A stretch of 64,000 nt of DNA from Sediminibacterium sp. Lineage in GTDB: Bacteria > Bacteroidota > Bacteroidia > Chitinophagales > Chitinophagaceae. The notes under the pieces were generated by a model. The model did no database searches. It was not told the DNA's origin and saw only the letters and a list, made by a program, of their open reading frames with translations. Location of the stretch: the NCBI GenBank assembly GCA_030158665.1, contig JAOASM010000008.1:76-64075 (forward strand), in the 5' to 3' direction. Position numbers and translations under genes: made by a program. Below are positions 1 through 9,062 of the stretch, piece after piece. The stretch's first letter is position 1, and each line of letters opens with the position of its first letter.

Positions 1-914
1 ATGCTTCATCGAATTTACTGGATTGGGTAAAGTTGAGTGATTTTGGTAAAAATGAAGGTGCTCACGGCGGAGTATGGGAATGTCCAGATTTGTTTCCTAT
101 GGAATATAACAATAAAACTTATTGGGTATTATTAGTTAATCTAAATCCAGGCGGTCCGAATAAAGGATCAGCAACTCAGTATTTTATTGGTGATTTTGAT
201 GGAAAAGAATTTAAGACTAATTCTAAGTTAACAAAGTGGGCAGATTATGGACCTGATGAATATGCTGGTGTAACTTGGAGTAATACAAATAAAAGAAAAA
301 TATTTATTGGTTGGATGAGTAACTGGCAGTATGCTAATGTCGTTCCAACTGAAAAGTTCAGAAATGCATTCACTTTACCTAGAGAATTGGGTTTAACAAA
401 AGTTGAAGATGAGTTATATCTAACGAGTATGCCAATAAATGAGTTGAAGTCTATAGAAAAACCTTCTAAAATTTTACAAGATATTTTGGTAAATGATAGT
501 TTAGACTTAACAACACTAATTGAAAAAATTAGCACCCCAAGTAAGTTTGAATTTAAAATTAATAATCAACAAAGCTATGCGATTGAATTTTCAAACACCT
601 TAAATGAAAAAGTAATTATCGGATATGACAAGGAAAAAAATATTTTTTTCTTAGATAGAACTAAATCTGGAATAACAAACTTTGAAAAAGATTTTGCAAG
701 AATCAACATCGCGCCAAGGTTAGTAAATAATGAAGAAGTTAGTATGACAATATTTATTGATAAGTCATCATTTGAACTGTTTGCTGATAATGGTTTATCA
801 TTACTAACTAGCGTGATCTTCCCTAATGAAGATTTTACAAAAATAAAGCTAACATCGTCTAAAAATATATTAATAAACAATATGATATACACTCCACTAC
901 ATTCAATATGGTAA
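1..914 (+). CDS. GH32 family levanase/beta-fructofuranosidase, 5'-truncated by the window edge
   Basis: WECPDLF catalytic motif, IGWMSNWQYA, C-terminal beta-sandwich with SSFELF; the frame is open back to position 3. Confidence 0.9.
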   Translation, partial: ASSNLLDWVKLSDFGKNEGAHGGVWECPDLFPMEYNNKTYWVLLVNLNPGGPNKGSATQYFIGDFDGKEFKTNSKLTKWADYGPDEYAGVTWSNTNKRKIFIGWMSNWQYANVVPTEKFRNAFTLPRELGLTKVEDELYLTSMPINELKSIEKPSKILQDILVNDSLDLTTLIEKISTPSKFEFKINNQQSYAIEFSNTLNEKVIIGYDKEKNIFFLDRTKSGITNFEKDFARINIAPRLVNNEEVSMTIFIDKSSFELFADNGLSLLTSVIFPNEDFTKIKLTSSKNILINNMIYTPLHSIW

Positions 915-937
915 AATTAGTTTCAGTTAGTATAAAA

Positions 938-967
938 AATAAGCCTCAATTACGAGGCTTATTTTTT
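938..967 (+). terminator. Rho-independent terminator after GH32
   Basis: AAGCCTC-aattac-GAGGCTT hairpin followed by a T-rich tract. Confidence 0.75.
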
Positions 968-973
968 ATATAC

Positions 974-1121
974 CTCTGCGTGAGGAAAACACCCCCTGAA
1001 TTCGGTTAAAATCGGTTGATTTCGGTTTTGTGAAAACATAACTAATTACAAATCAACGCCTTCATTTTCTCAAAAAATCTTCATAACCCTGAGGTCCCGG
1101 GTTCAAATCCCGGTCTCGCTA
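974..1121 (+). mobile_element. attR-like site of an element integrated at tRNA-Met (element lies to the left)
   Basis: Three WTCGGTT repeats at 10-bp period (1001, 1011, 1021), IHF-like AATCAAcgccTTc, then a tRNA 3' half starting exactly at the anticodon loop. Confidence 0.7.
1080..1121 (+). pseudogene. 3' half of tRNA-Met(CAT); not a complete tRNA
   Basis: TTCATAA anticodon loop, CCCTG, GAGGTC, T-arm CCGGG-TTCAAAT-CCCGG, acceptor strand TCTCGCT-A; no D-arm or 5' acceptor strand upstream. Confidence 0.85.
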
Positions 1122-1122
1122 C

Positions 1123-1155
1123 AAAGCCTCTCAACGCAAGTTGAGAGGCTTTTTT
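1123..1155 (+). terminator. Terminator following the tRNA fragment
   Basis: AAAGCCTCTCAAC-GCAA-GTTGAGAGGCTTTTTT. Confidence 0.85.
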
Positions 1156-1343
1156 AATGCGACACAACGTCGGGTGCTTTCACACGTAAGTTGGGGAGCG
1201 TTAAAAAAGACAAACTCAAATCATAGATTTGAGTTTGAAAGGCTTTGGGTAAGGCAACCATTCAGGAGATGACAATGCGCAGCATTGGCAATCCCGTTAA
1301 ATCCTGGGTCCTTTGTTGTTTCTGCGTGAGGCCTCATCCCCTC

Positions 1344-2099
1344 TTAATAATTGTTATATTTGTTAGGTTTAGTTTTTATTCTTACTGAATCTGGAGTAAG
1401 ACCAATTGATAATTTAAAAGGTCCATTTTCATAAGTTGTTCCAAGAAATCTCCAATCATTTTTTCCATTTACATACATGGTTATTAAATGCCACTTTATC
1501 AGGCCATTCTTATTATCTGAATTTGATGTTGTATCATTAGGGTCATAGCTTGTTATCCTTTTCTCAAATTTTCGTTTGCCATTTTCGTACCCATATTCCC
1601 AATCAAAATTGTTAGATAAACTAAATGATCTAATGGAGCCGGTATATTCATTCGCTTTGTTTCTATAAAAATGATTTAAGATATCTATTGGCGTAAATGA
1701 ATTTTTATTAATTTTTCGATTTTTGCTATTTTTAATATTAGGAAAGTCTGTAATATGAGCGTAATATACTTCTTGTAACTTATTATAATTAGTATAATAA
1801 ATAAATGTGATACCTGTCTTTTTTCTATTATAATTTAATGGCACATAAAATAATGTTGCACCAGAATTGTTAGTTATTGATTGTGAATAATTAGTCCAAT
1901 CTAATTTATTTAATAATGTATCAATAAATAAACTCGCACCTGTATCGATTTTTTTATGTCGTTCAAGATAGGATAAAAGCATTTTTTTTGTTGAATAGTC
2001 TATTGTTTCTTCTCTCGGAACACTTTTTATATTACATGAAAATGTTGCAAAAATTATAAATGTTATTGCAGCGCCTATGATTGTAATTTTATTTTTCAT
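1344..2099 (-). CDS. Hypothetical lipoprotein
   Basis: 251-aa ORF with a signal peptide ending in the lipobox TFS-C; very AT-rich. Confidence 0.7.
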   Translation of the reverse strand: MKNKITIIGAAITFIIFATFSCNIKSVPREETIDYSTKKMLLSYLERHKKIDTGASLFIDTLLNKLDWTNYSQSITNNSGATLFYVPLNYNRKKTGITFIYYTNYNKLQEVYYAHITDFPNIKNSKNRKINKNSFTPIDILNHFYRNKANEYTGSIRSFSLSNNFDWEYGYENGKRKFEKRITSYDPNDTTSNSDNKNGLIKWHLITMYVNGKNDWRFLGTTYENGPFKLSIGLTPDSVRIKTKPNKYNNY

Positions 2100-2219
2100 T
2101 TTTCTATTAAACTATTTAAGTTACAAATTAATTTCTGCAATTTGAATTAGTCTATTTGTTTCTTCTTTGTGTTGCTGTTGGTCTTTAATCATTGAGCTTG
2201 TTCCTTGGCTTTTTTGATA

Positions 2220-2816
2220 TTAAGATCTTGCAAATTTCAATAGTAAGTCAAAGTCTCCCTTGTCTGCTTTCCTTATTGCTATAAGATATTTTTCACGCGA
2301 TTCATTTTCATTGGATAGGCTTTTACTACCCCATGAAAAAACAGGCTGCTGAAAAATATTTTCCACAATAATATCAGCCACCATACGACTATGACGTCCG
2401 TTGCCATTTGGGAAGCAATGTATGCTAACCAATCTGTGTTTGAATCTAATTGTAAATTCATCTGGTTTATATACATTATCTTCAAGCCAATAGTAAGCAT
2501 CATCTATTAATGACCTTAATGCCACGGGTATTTCTAATTTGTCAACCCCAATATTCTTATTTGTTTTTCGGTATTCGCCAGCCCATCTCCAAACGTTCTT
2601 ATACATTCTTTTATGAAGCTCCTGTATAAAAGATTCAGATAGGATTTGTTCCGATTTGAATTTTCTAGTTAAACTCCACTGTATAGCATCTTCAATATTC
2701 TGTTGTTCAAATTCATCCAATTCACCTCTTGTAGCAATAGACTGGATTAACAGACCTTCTTTCTCGTCTTCATCAAGCGGAGTTTGGCCATCATTGTATA
2801 TTATATCTAGTCCCAT
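2220..2816 (-). CDS. Mobile mystery protein B (Fic domain)
   Basis: GQTPLDEDEKEGL N-terminus and Fic motif HCFPNGNGRHSR; overlaps partner A. Confidence 0.9.
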   Translation of the reverse strand: MGLDIIYNDGQTPLDEDEKEGLLIQSIATRGELDEFEQQNIEDAIQWSLTRKFKSEQILSESFIQELHKRMYKNVWRWAGEYRKTNKNIGVDKLEIPVALRSLIDDAYYWLEDNVYKPDEFTIRFKHRLVSIHCFPNGNGRHSRMVADIIVENIFQQPVFSWGSKSLSNENESREKYLIAIRKADKGDFDLLLKFARS

Positions 2817-3265
2817 AAAATTTTAGGTGTTTTATTAATAATTTCTGATGCCCTTTCTTTTATAGCATTTTCAATCCGTTCTTTTGAATTTGCTTGATCT
2901 TCTAATTTCATCGTAGTGGAAGTTCGTTCTACAATTTTTGTGGCAATTTCTAAAGCCCGGTTTTCTATCATTTGCTCCAAACTACCAGCATAAGGTACAA
3001 ACCCGTAAACAAATTTCAAATCCAGGGCTTTTGCTAACTCTTGCATTGATTTTATGGTTACAGCTCCTTCTTTCTCACGTTTCTCAATATCCATAACCCC
3101 TTGCTTGGTAATGGAAAGTTTTTTGCCTAATTGTTCCATAGACATGCCAATGCCTTTTCGTATTGCTTTAATCCATCCAATAGGTGGCACATTAACATGC
3201 TGTAAAACAGTTAATTGGGCCAATTTTTCATTTAGCTGTTGTAATTGAAGTTTATTATTTCTCAT
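2807..3265 (-). CDS. Mobile mystery protein A (XRE-type HTH)
   Basis: PPIGWIKAIRKGIGMS..QLG HTH and TMKLEDQ motif; coupled to the Fic gene. Confidence 0.9.
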   Translation of the reverse strand: MRNNKLQLQQLNEKLAQLTVLQHVNVPPIGWIKAIRKGIGMSMEQLGKKLSITKQGVMDIEKREKEGAVTIKSMQELAKALDLKFVYGFVPYAGSLEQMIENRALEIATKIVERTSTTMKLEDQANSKERIENAIKERASEIINKTPKILWD

Positions 3266-3268
3266 AAA

Positions 3269-3352
3269 GTAAAGTTTAAACTTGACTATTAATGTACAAA
3301 AGTAAAGTTATTACTTTACATATACAAATAATTTGTAAAGCTATTACTTGAC
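3269..3352. promoter_or_regulatory. Three operator-like inverted repeats upstream of mobile mystery A
   Basis: GTAAAG-N6-CTT(T/G)AC at 3269, 3302 and 3335 (33-bp period). Confidence 0.7.
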
Positions 3353-3422
3353 CTTATTCTACTTGAGAATTGTAGATATGACTTTATTCAATTTGTAGAA
3401 TTCCCTAAAATCCTTCCATTTT

Positions 3423-3555
3423 TGGTTAGAATGTAGTTCAATCCTGGCTACAAAGCCAACTGAACGCGAAGCGTTTAGTTGGCTTTGGGTTAATCGAACT
3501 GTTGTGGGATGCCGACGCAGTCGGCCATCCGAAGTTTATTGTTTGAGAGGCTTTT
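3423..3555 (+). repeat. Degenerate second copy of the tRNA-end/terminator/hairpin unit at 1118-1300
   Basis: GCTACAAAGCC (1118/3447), GGCTTTGGGT (1241/3481) and TTGAGAGGCTTTT (1141/3543) are shared; GCGAAGC and CGCAG hairpins. Confidence 0.55.
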
Positions 3556-3634
3556 ATAATGGGAAGCCGCGAAACAAGTTCGCTCCAGCACTTATTTTAC
3601 ATTTAATAATTATTATTTATGGTTAATTTTACGA

Positions 3635-6043
3635 ATGCGAAGAAGTTATTTTTTGATCTTGATACTACAATTTTTATTTTGTTCAATTTCACATGCACAA
3701 ACAAGTGCAACAGTATCGGGAATCGTAAAAGATAAAAAAAGTAAAACATTTTTACCTTTTGTGAATGTGGTTTTGAAAAAGGTTAAAGACAGTTCATTTG
3801 TGAGTGGAACTGTAACCAATGAAGAGGGGCGTTTTTATTTGTCGAAGGTTAATTCAGGAGCCTATTTTTTAGAATTTACTTATATTGGGTATGCGTCAAG
3901 TAGACAACCTTTATTTGTAGGTAATCTAAATGAATACTTGGATCTTCAATCAATAGAAATAGAAGAAAAATCAACTGCTTTACAAGAAGTTGTTGTAACA
4001 GGATCTGCTAATCAGTTAAGTGATAAAATGGATAAAAAAACATTTTCACTGAAAGACAATCTCAGTCAAAGTGGTGGTTCGGTATTGCAGGTTATGCAAA
4101 ATTTGCCAAGTGTGACTGTTCAAGATGGTAAAGTACAGCTGCGTGGTAGTGATAAAATCACTGTGCTTATTGATGGAAAACAAACGGCATTGACAGGATT
4201 TGGAAGTCAAACTGGACTTGACAATATACCTGCATCCGCTATTGAAAAAATTGAAATCATTAATAATCCTTCCTCTAAATATGATGCCAATGGCAATGCA
4301 GGGATCATTAATATTATTTATAAGAAAAATAAGAGTGAAGGTTTTAATGGTAAAGTTGGGTTTACAACAGGTCTTGGATCTCTTTGGGTAAGAGAAGATA
4401 ATTTACCTAGTATCAGACCTCAGTATACATTTACGCCAAAAGTCAATCCAAGCACTTCACTTAATTACCGCAAGAACAAAGTTAATATTTTTTTCCAAGG
4501 AGATTATTTATATACCGAGACCTTAAATAAAAATGAATTTGTAAAAAGAATTTATGATAATGGTGATATCATTAACTCACAGTTAAAACGAAACAGAAAC
4601 ACCCATTTTACGACTTTAAAATCAGGTATTGACTATTTGGTTGATGATCAAAATACATTTACTTTTTCTGGACTTTTTGGAAGTGAAAAAATCATTGACA
4701 GAGGCGATCAACCATTTTTTAATGAGAATTTGACACAACGCAAAAGGCTTTGGCAGTTTCTGGAAGATGAATTGAAGACAACCATAATGGCAACTACTAA
4801 TTTTCAACATAAGTTTAAAGAACCAGGTCATGTATTCAATATTGGCTTTAATTATACTTTTCATAGGGAAGATGAGAAGTATTTTTATGATAATTTTTTA
4901 CCTATTTCCTCAGGTACAGATGCATTTAAGTTATTATCGGACGAACAGGTATATGATTTTAACTTTGATTATATTAAACCATTAAAATATGGCCGTATTG
5001 AAACTGGGATAAAACTTCGCAACAGAAGCATACCTACAAATATGCAGTTTATTCCAGGGGCTAATTCTGTATTGGATACAAAAGCGGGTGGCTGGGCTAC
5101 TTATAAAGAATTAATTCCAGCCTTGTATGAAAACTATATCATTGAAAGTAAGAAATGGGAAGCAGAAATAGGTGTACGTGTGGAGTATGTAAAAATTCAA
5201 TATGACGTCAACCCCAATCACATTGTATATAAAAGTGATAGTTATAATTATACGCAACCTTTTCCTAATGTACGATTGGCTTATAAAATGAATGATAATA
5301 ATAAACTTTCAATTTTTTACAATCGAAGAGTTGACAGACCTAATGAAGTAGATATTCGTATTTTTCCTAAATATGATGATGCCGAAATTATAAAAGTTGG
5401 TAATCCTGCTTTACGTCCACAATTTACAAATGCTATAGAATTAGCTTTTAAAACAACTTGGGAAAGCGGTAGCTTATATAATGCCATTTATCACCGAATA
5501 GCAGATGGCACCATTACAAGAATTTCAAGCACTACACCGCCTAGTAATTTGATTTATGCCACTTTTCAAAATGTGAACAAGAGTTATAATTCAGGTGTAG
5601 AAATTATTTATGCCCAAGAAATTTCAAAAAAGTATAAGTTCAGTATTAATCTAAATGGATACAAAAACCAAATAGATGCATTTTCGGTTGAAAATAAATA
5701 TCCAACAACACATCTATTTTCGGCAGTCAAACAAGAAATATTTTCAGGTAATTTAAAACTAAATAATACCTTCCATTTTACTAAAAATATAGACGCACAG
5801 TTAACAGCTATTTATCTAGCACCAGATATTATACCACAAGGCAAAATAAATTCCAGGTTTTCTTTAGACGTTGGAGTTAAAAAGTTGATCCAAAAAGGTA
5901 AAAGCGAATTGTTTTTCAATGCAACTGATTTATTAAACACCATGATAACTAAAAAAGAAATCAAGGGGCAGGGTTTTATCTATATTAGCAATGACTTTTA
6001 TGAAACACAGGTAATAAGAATAGGGTATAGTTATAAATTTTAA
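3635..6043 (+). CDS. TonB-dependent receptor / outer-membrane beta-barrel protein
   Basis: Signal peptide, carboxypeptidase-regulatory-like N-domain, plug IEIINNPSSKYDA, GNPALRPQ, C-terminal YKF. Confidence 0.85.
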   Translation: MRRSYFLILILQFLFCSISHAQTSATVSGIVKDKKSKTFLPFVNVVLKKVKDSSFVSGTVTNEEGRFYLSKVNSGAYFLEFTYIGYASSRQPLFVGNLNEYLDLQSIEIEEKSTALQEVVVTGSANQLSDKMDKKTFSLKDNLSQSGGSVLQVMQNLPSVTVQDGKVQLRGSDKITVLIDGKQTALTGFGSQTGLDNIPASAIEKIEIINNPSSKYDANGNAGIINIIYKKNKSEGFNGKVGFTTGLGSLWVREDNLPSIRPQYTFTPKVNPSTSLNYRKNKVNIFFQGDYLYTETLNKNEFVKRIYDNGDIINSQLKRNRNTHFTTLKSGIDYLVDDQNTFTFSGLFGSEKIIDRGDQPFFNENLTQRKRLWQFLEDELKTTIMATTNFQHKFKEPGHVFNIGFNYTFHREDEKYFYDNFLPISSGTDAFKLLSDEQVYDFNFDYIKPLKYGRIETGIKLRNRSIPTNMQFIPGANSVLDTKAGGWATYKELIPALYENYIIESKKWEAEIGVRVEYVKIQYDVNPNHIVYKSDSYNYTQPFPNVRLAYKMNDNNKLSIFYNRRVDRPNEVDIRIFPKYDDAEIIKVGNPALRPQFTNAIELAFKTTWESGSLYNAIYHRIADGTITRISSTTPPSNLIYATFQNVNKSYNSGVEIIYAQEISKKYKFSINLNGYKNQIDAFSVENKYPTTHLFSAVKQEIFSGNLKLNNTFHFTKNIDAQLTAIYLAPDIIPQGKINSRFSLDVGVKKLIQKGKSELFFNATDLLNTMITKKEIKGQGFIYISNDFYETQVIRIGYSYKF

Positions 6044-6072
6044 TTTCACTCCATTTTTATCTCTGCAGTGTC

Positions 6073-6116
6073 GCGTGAGGTAAAAACCCTTAATTCGACT
6101 GAAATCGGTTGGTTTC
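6073..6116 (+). repeat. Second remnant of the att-arm sequence at 978-1023
   Basis: GCGTGAGG..AAA.CCC..AATTCG..T.AAATCGGTTG.TTTC is shared by both sites. Confidence 0.6.
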
Positions 6117-6546
6117 AACCAATTATCCAACTCCCTTCTTCCACCTCTGCTTCCAATTCTCCCAGATCCCATCCGCAATAGCCAATAAAAAGTTGAATTT
6201 CTTGTTGATTGGCGCCCTTAGTATTGATGGCTTCGATCACCTGTTCCATATTGCCACTCAAATACAGGCCATTGGGTATTTGTTTGCCTCCTTCTATGAG
6301 ATCGGGGCGCTTGTGCAACACAAAGAGGTGCTCTCTATCAACGGGGCCGCCATCCATCAGTGGGAATGGTTTACTATGATTGAATTCTACTAGTTCATGC
6401 AAGGACTTTCCAAGAGGCTTATTGGTTACAAACCCGATACTTCCTTCTTGATTGTGTTCAACAATCAGAATGGTTGTGTGCTCAAAGAAACTGCCATTCA
6501 GCAGGTCGGTGCTTTTGATACTCAATCCGGGTTTAAGATCACTCAT
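6115..6546 (-). CDS. YqgE/AlgH family protein (short form)
   Basis: GSIGFVTNKP, GGPV, FIGYCGWDLGELEAEVEEGSW. Confidence 0.85.
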   Translation of the reverse strand: MSDLKPGLSIKSTDLLNGSFFEHTTILIVEHNQEGSIGFVTNKPLGKSLHELVEFNHSKPFPLMDGGPVDREHLFVLHKRPDLIEGGKQIPNGLYLSGNMEQVIEAINTKGANQQEIQLFIGYCGWDLGELEAEVEEGSWIIG

Positions 6547-6654
6547 AATTTTATTATTAGACTTGCTTTCATATTATTAATTGTAAATTTACGAAATGGT
6601 ATTTTACTACAATTGTTAAATTACTTTATTCGTATAACACCTATAAATCATAAA

Positions 6655-6948
6655 ATGGTCAGTAAATTATTAAAAACCCCATTGGGAAGATTGCGTCTTG
6701 TAGCATTTATTGAAGGTTGTTCCTATTTACTTTTAGGTTTTACGATGATTTTAAAATATAAATTTTCTTTACCACAGCCCAATTATATTGTTGGTTCGGC
6801 TCATGGAATTCTTTTTGTTCTTTACATTGTATTGCTGCTTCAAGTTGCATTTATACATCGTTGGAATAGCATCAAAATCCTTATGGCTTTCTTAGCTTCA
6901 CTTATACCATTTGGGACTTTTTATGCAGACAAAGTTCTTTTTAGATAA
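6655..6948 (+). CDS. DUF3817-type small membrane protein
   Basis: RLVAFIEGCSYLLL, HGILFVLY, ASLIPFGTF; start re-called at ATG 6655. Confidence 0.8.
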   Translation: MVSKLLKTPLGRLRLVAFIEGCSYLLLGFTMILKYKFSLPQPNYIVGSAHGILFVLYIVLLLQVAFIHRWNSIKILMAFLASLIPFGTFYADKVLFR

Positions 6949-6981
6949 TTGGATTAATAAAAATACTTTTATCTTACAAGT

Positions 6982-7944
6982 ATGAAAAAGTTAATTCTAT
7001 TATCAACAGCAATCCTTTTATTAAATATCGGTTTCACGCAGACAGAAAAAGATATATTTAAACAAGTATCAACTAAATTCGTTGCATTTATTAATGCCAA
7101 TCAGAACGATAGTATCATTGCTATGTTTTCTCCTGAAATGAACGCAGCATTACCAATTGATAAATTTTCAGAATTTAATAGGGGGCTTAAAAAACAATAT
7201 GGTCAAATTAAGAAAATTAGATTTGTTAGAGTTCAAAATACAACAGCATTATATGAGACTACTTTTGATACTGCTGTTTTAGGAATGACAATCACATTAA
7301 ATAATCAGTATCAGATAGCTGGTTTGTTATTTAAACCTTACACAGAAGCTAAGGTAATTGAAAGAAACACAACAAGAATGAAACTCCCATTTAAAGGAGA
7401 GTGGACTACTACATGGGGCGGTGATGCCAAAGCTTTAAATTATCACGTGGAGAGTGTGGCGCAAAAAAATGCCTTTGATTTCTTAATTTATGACCAAGAA
7501 GGTTCAACCCATAAGGGTAGTGGACAAGCCAATGAAGATTATTATGCTTTTGGTAAAGAACTTTATGCGCCTTGTGATGGAGAAGTGGTGTTGGTTGTGG
7601 ATGGTGTAAAAGACAATATACCAGGTACATTAAATCCTGTTTATATTCCAGGAAATACTGTGATTATTAAAACGGCTAATGGGGAATACGCATTCTTTGC
7701 ACATTTTAAACAACATAGTATTGTTGTAAAGCAAGGGCAGAAAGTTAAGACTGGAACCTTATTGGGGTTGTGTGGCAATTCTGGAAATTCCTCCGAGCCG
7801 CACTTACATTTTCATTTACAGAACGCAGAAGATATGACAATCTCCACTGGAGCTAAATGTTTTTTTGATCAACTAAAAGTGAATGGAGTTTTAAAATCTG
7901 ATTATTCTCCAATTAAAGGAGATAAGGTTGAATTGATAAATTAG
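6982..7944 (+). CDS. Secreted M23 family metallopeptidase with an N-terminal DUF3887-like domain
   Basis: Signal peptide; GNTVII, AHF, GNSGNSSEPHLHF. Confidence 0.85.
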   Translation: MKKLILLSTAILLLNIGFTQTEKDIFKQVSTKFVAFINANQNDSIIAMFSPEMNAALPIDKFSEFNRGLKKQYGQIKKIRFVRVQNTTALYETTFDTAVLGMTITLNNQYQIAGLLFKPYTEAKVIERNTTRMKLPFKGEWTTTWGGDAKALNYHVESVAQKNAFDFLIYDQEGSTHKGSGQANEDYYAFGKELYAPCDGEVVLVVDGVKDNIPGTLNPVYIPGNTVIIKTANGEYAFFAHFKQHSIVVKQGQKVKTGTLLGLCGNSGNSSEPHLHFHLQNAEDMTISTGAKCFFDQLKVNGVLKSDYSPIKGDKVELIN

Positions 7945-7963
7945 ACGTTTAATACGGTAGAAA

Positions 7964-8905
7964 TTAATTCAATTGCTGGTACTCCTTAGGGGTAGATCCA
8001 ACTTGCTGTTTAAAGAATCTTGTAAAATGTTGAGGGTATTTGAAGCCTAATTCGCCTGCAATTTGATTGATTGACTTGTCTGCCTCAAATATTTTAGTTT
8101 TGGCTACTTCTATGATTTTATGCTGAATGTATTCCTGAGCAGACTTTCCGGTTGCCTTTTTGATTAGGTCACCAAAATAATTTGCGGATAAGTTAAGCGA
8201 TTCTGCACAGTAGTTCACCGTTGGGAGACCTACTGTATTTGGCTTATCGGATTCAAAGTAGTCATTAAGCAATGCTTCAAAATGTTCTAGAATACCCTTG
8301 TTCACCGAATCCCTTGTAATAAATTGTCGATCATAGAAACGTTGACAATAATCCAAAAATAGTTCGATATTAGAAGCAATTAGTTTTTTACTATGCTTGT
8401 CGATTGGTTGACTTAATTCAAATTTTATTTTGGTGAAACAATCTAAAATCATTTTTCTTTCATCATCAGATAAGTGCAATGCTTCATTAGATTCGTAATC
8501 AAAAAATTTATAGTTACGAATGTTTTTTCCAAGTGGCGTGCCTAATAAAAAATCTGAATGAAAAATAAGTCCATATCCTGCTGGTTGATAAGGCTGGGCA
8601 GGCTTTTCCATTTTCATCACCTGTCCTGGTGCAAAAAACGCCAAAGTGCCCGCTTGGTAATCGTAATAATGACGACCATATTTCATATCCCCACACTTCA
8701 CATCTTTTAAATAGACACAATACATGCCATATTGAAATTTAACTACATCAACCTCTCCCCAATCCCTAATAGATGCATCTGAAAAATCAATCACAGTTAC
8801 CAATGGGTTGAGTGTTTTGGTATTGTTATCTGCGTTGTAGTCGCTTATATTATTAATAGCATATATTTTTTCCATATCAGCGTGTTTGTAGTCAAATTTA
8901 CTCAT
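7964..8905 (-). CDS. AraC family transcriptional regulator
   Basis: C-terminal double HTH with LGFKYPQHFTRFFK. Confidence 0.9.
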   Translation of the reverse strand: MSKFDYKHADMEKIYAINNISDYNADNNTKTLNPLVTVIDFSDASIRDWGEVDVVKFQYGMYCVYLKDVKCGDMKYGRHYYDYQAGTLAFFAPGQVMKMEKPAQPYQPAGYGLIFHSDFLLGTPLGKNIRNYKFFDYESNEALHLSDDERKMILDCFTKIKFELSQPIDKHSKKLIASNIELFLDYCQRFYDRQFITRDSVNKGILEHFEALLNDYFESDKPNTVGLPTVNYCAESLNLSANYFGDLIKKATGKSAQEYIQHKIIEVAKTKIFEADKSINQIAGELGFKYPQHFTRFFKQQVGSTPKEYQQLN

Positions 8906-8935
8906 TAAATCTGCAATTTAAATGCCCGATCGTCT

Positions 8936-8965
8936 AATCAGTAAAAATGGTAGATAAATCAGTAA
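8936..8965 (+). promoter_or_regulatory. AraC-type tandem direct repeat
   Basis: AATCAGTAA at 8936 and 8957 (21-bp spacing) between the divergent AraC and cupin genes. Confidence 0.55.
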
Positions 8966-9062
8966 TTGATATACCTTAATTCAAAATATATTGGCGGATC
9001 TTTGTTTGAAACTTAATATATCAATGAGCCAAATTAAAAAAAGCCATTAAAAATCAACTATT

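Noticed and set aside
1040-1121. Complete tRNA-Met gene
   Set aside because: The upstream sequence cannot form the D-arm, the 5' anticodon stem or the 5' acceptor stem.
974-6116. CRISPR array or integron attC array
   Set aside because: The repeats are few, degenerate and irregularly spaced. There is no cas or intI gene and no consistent attC core sites.
6109-6654. Plus-strand ORF 6109-6393 and the 5' extension of 6397-6948
   Set aside because: These are antisense shadows of yqgE; the recognisable DUF3817 protein starts at 6655.
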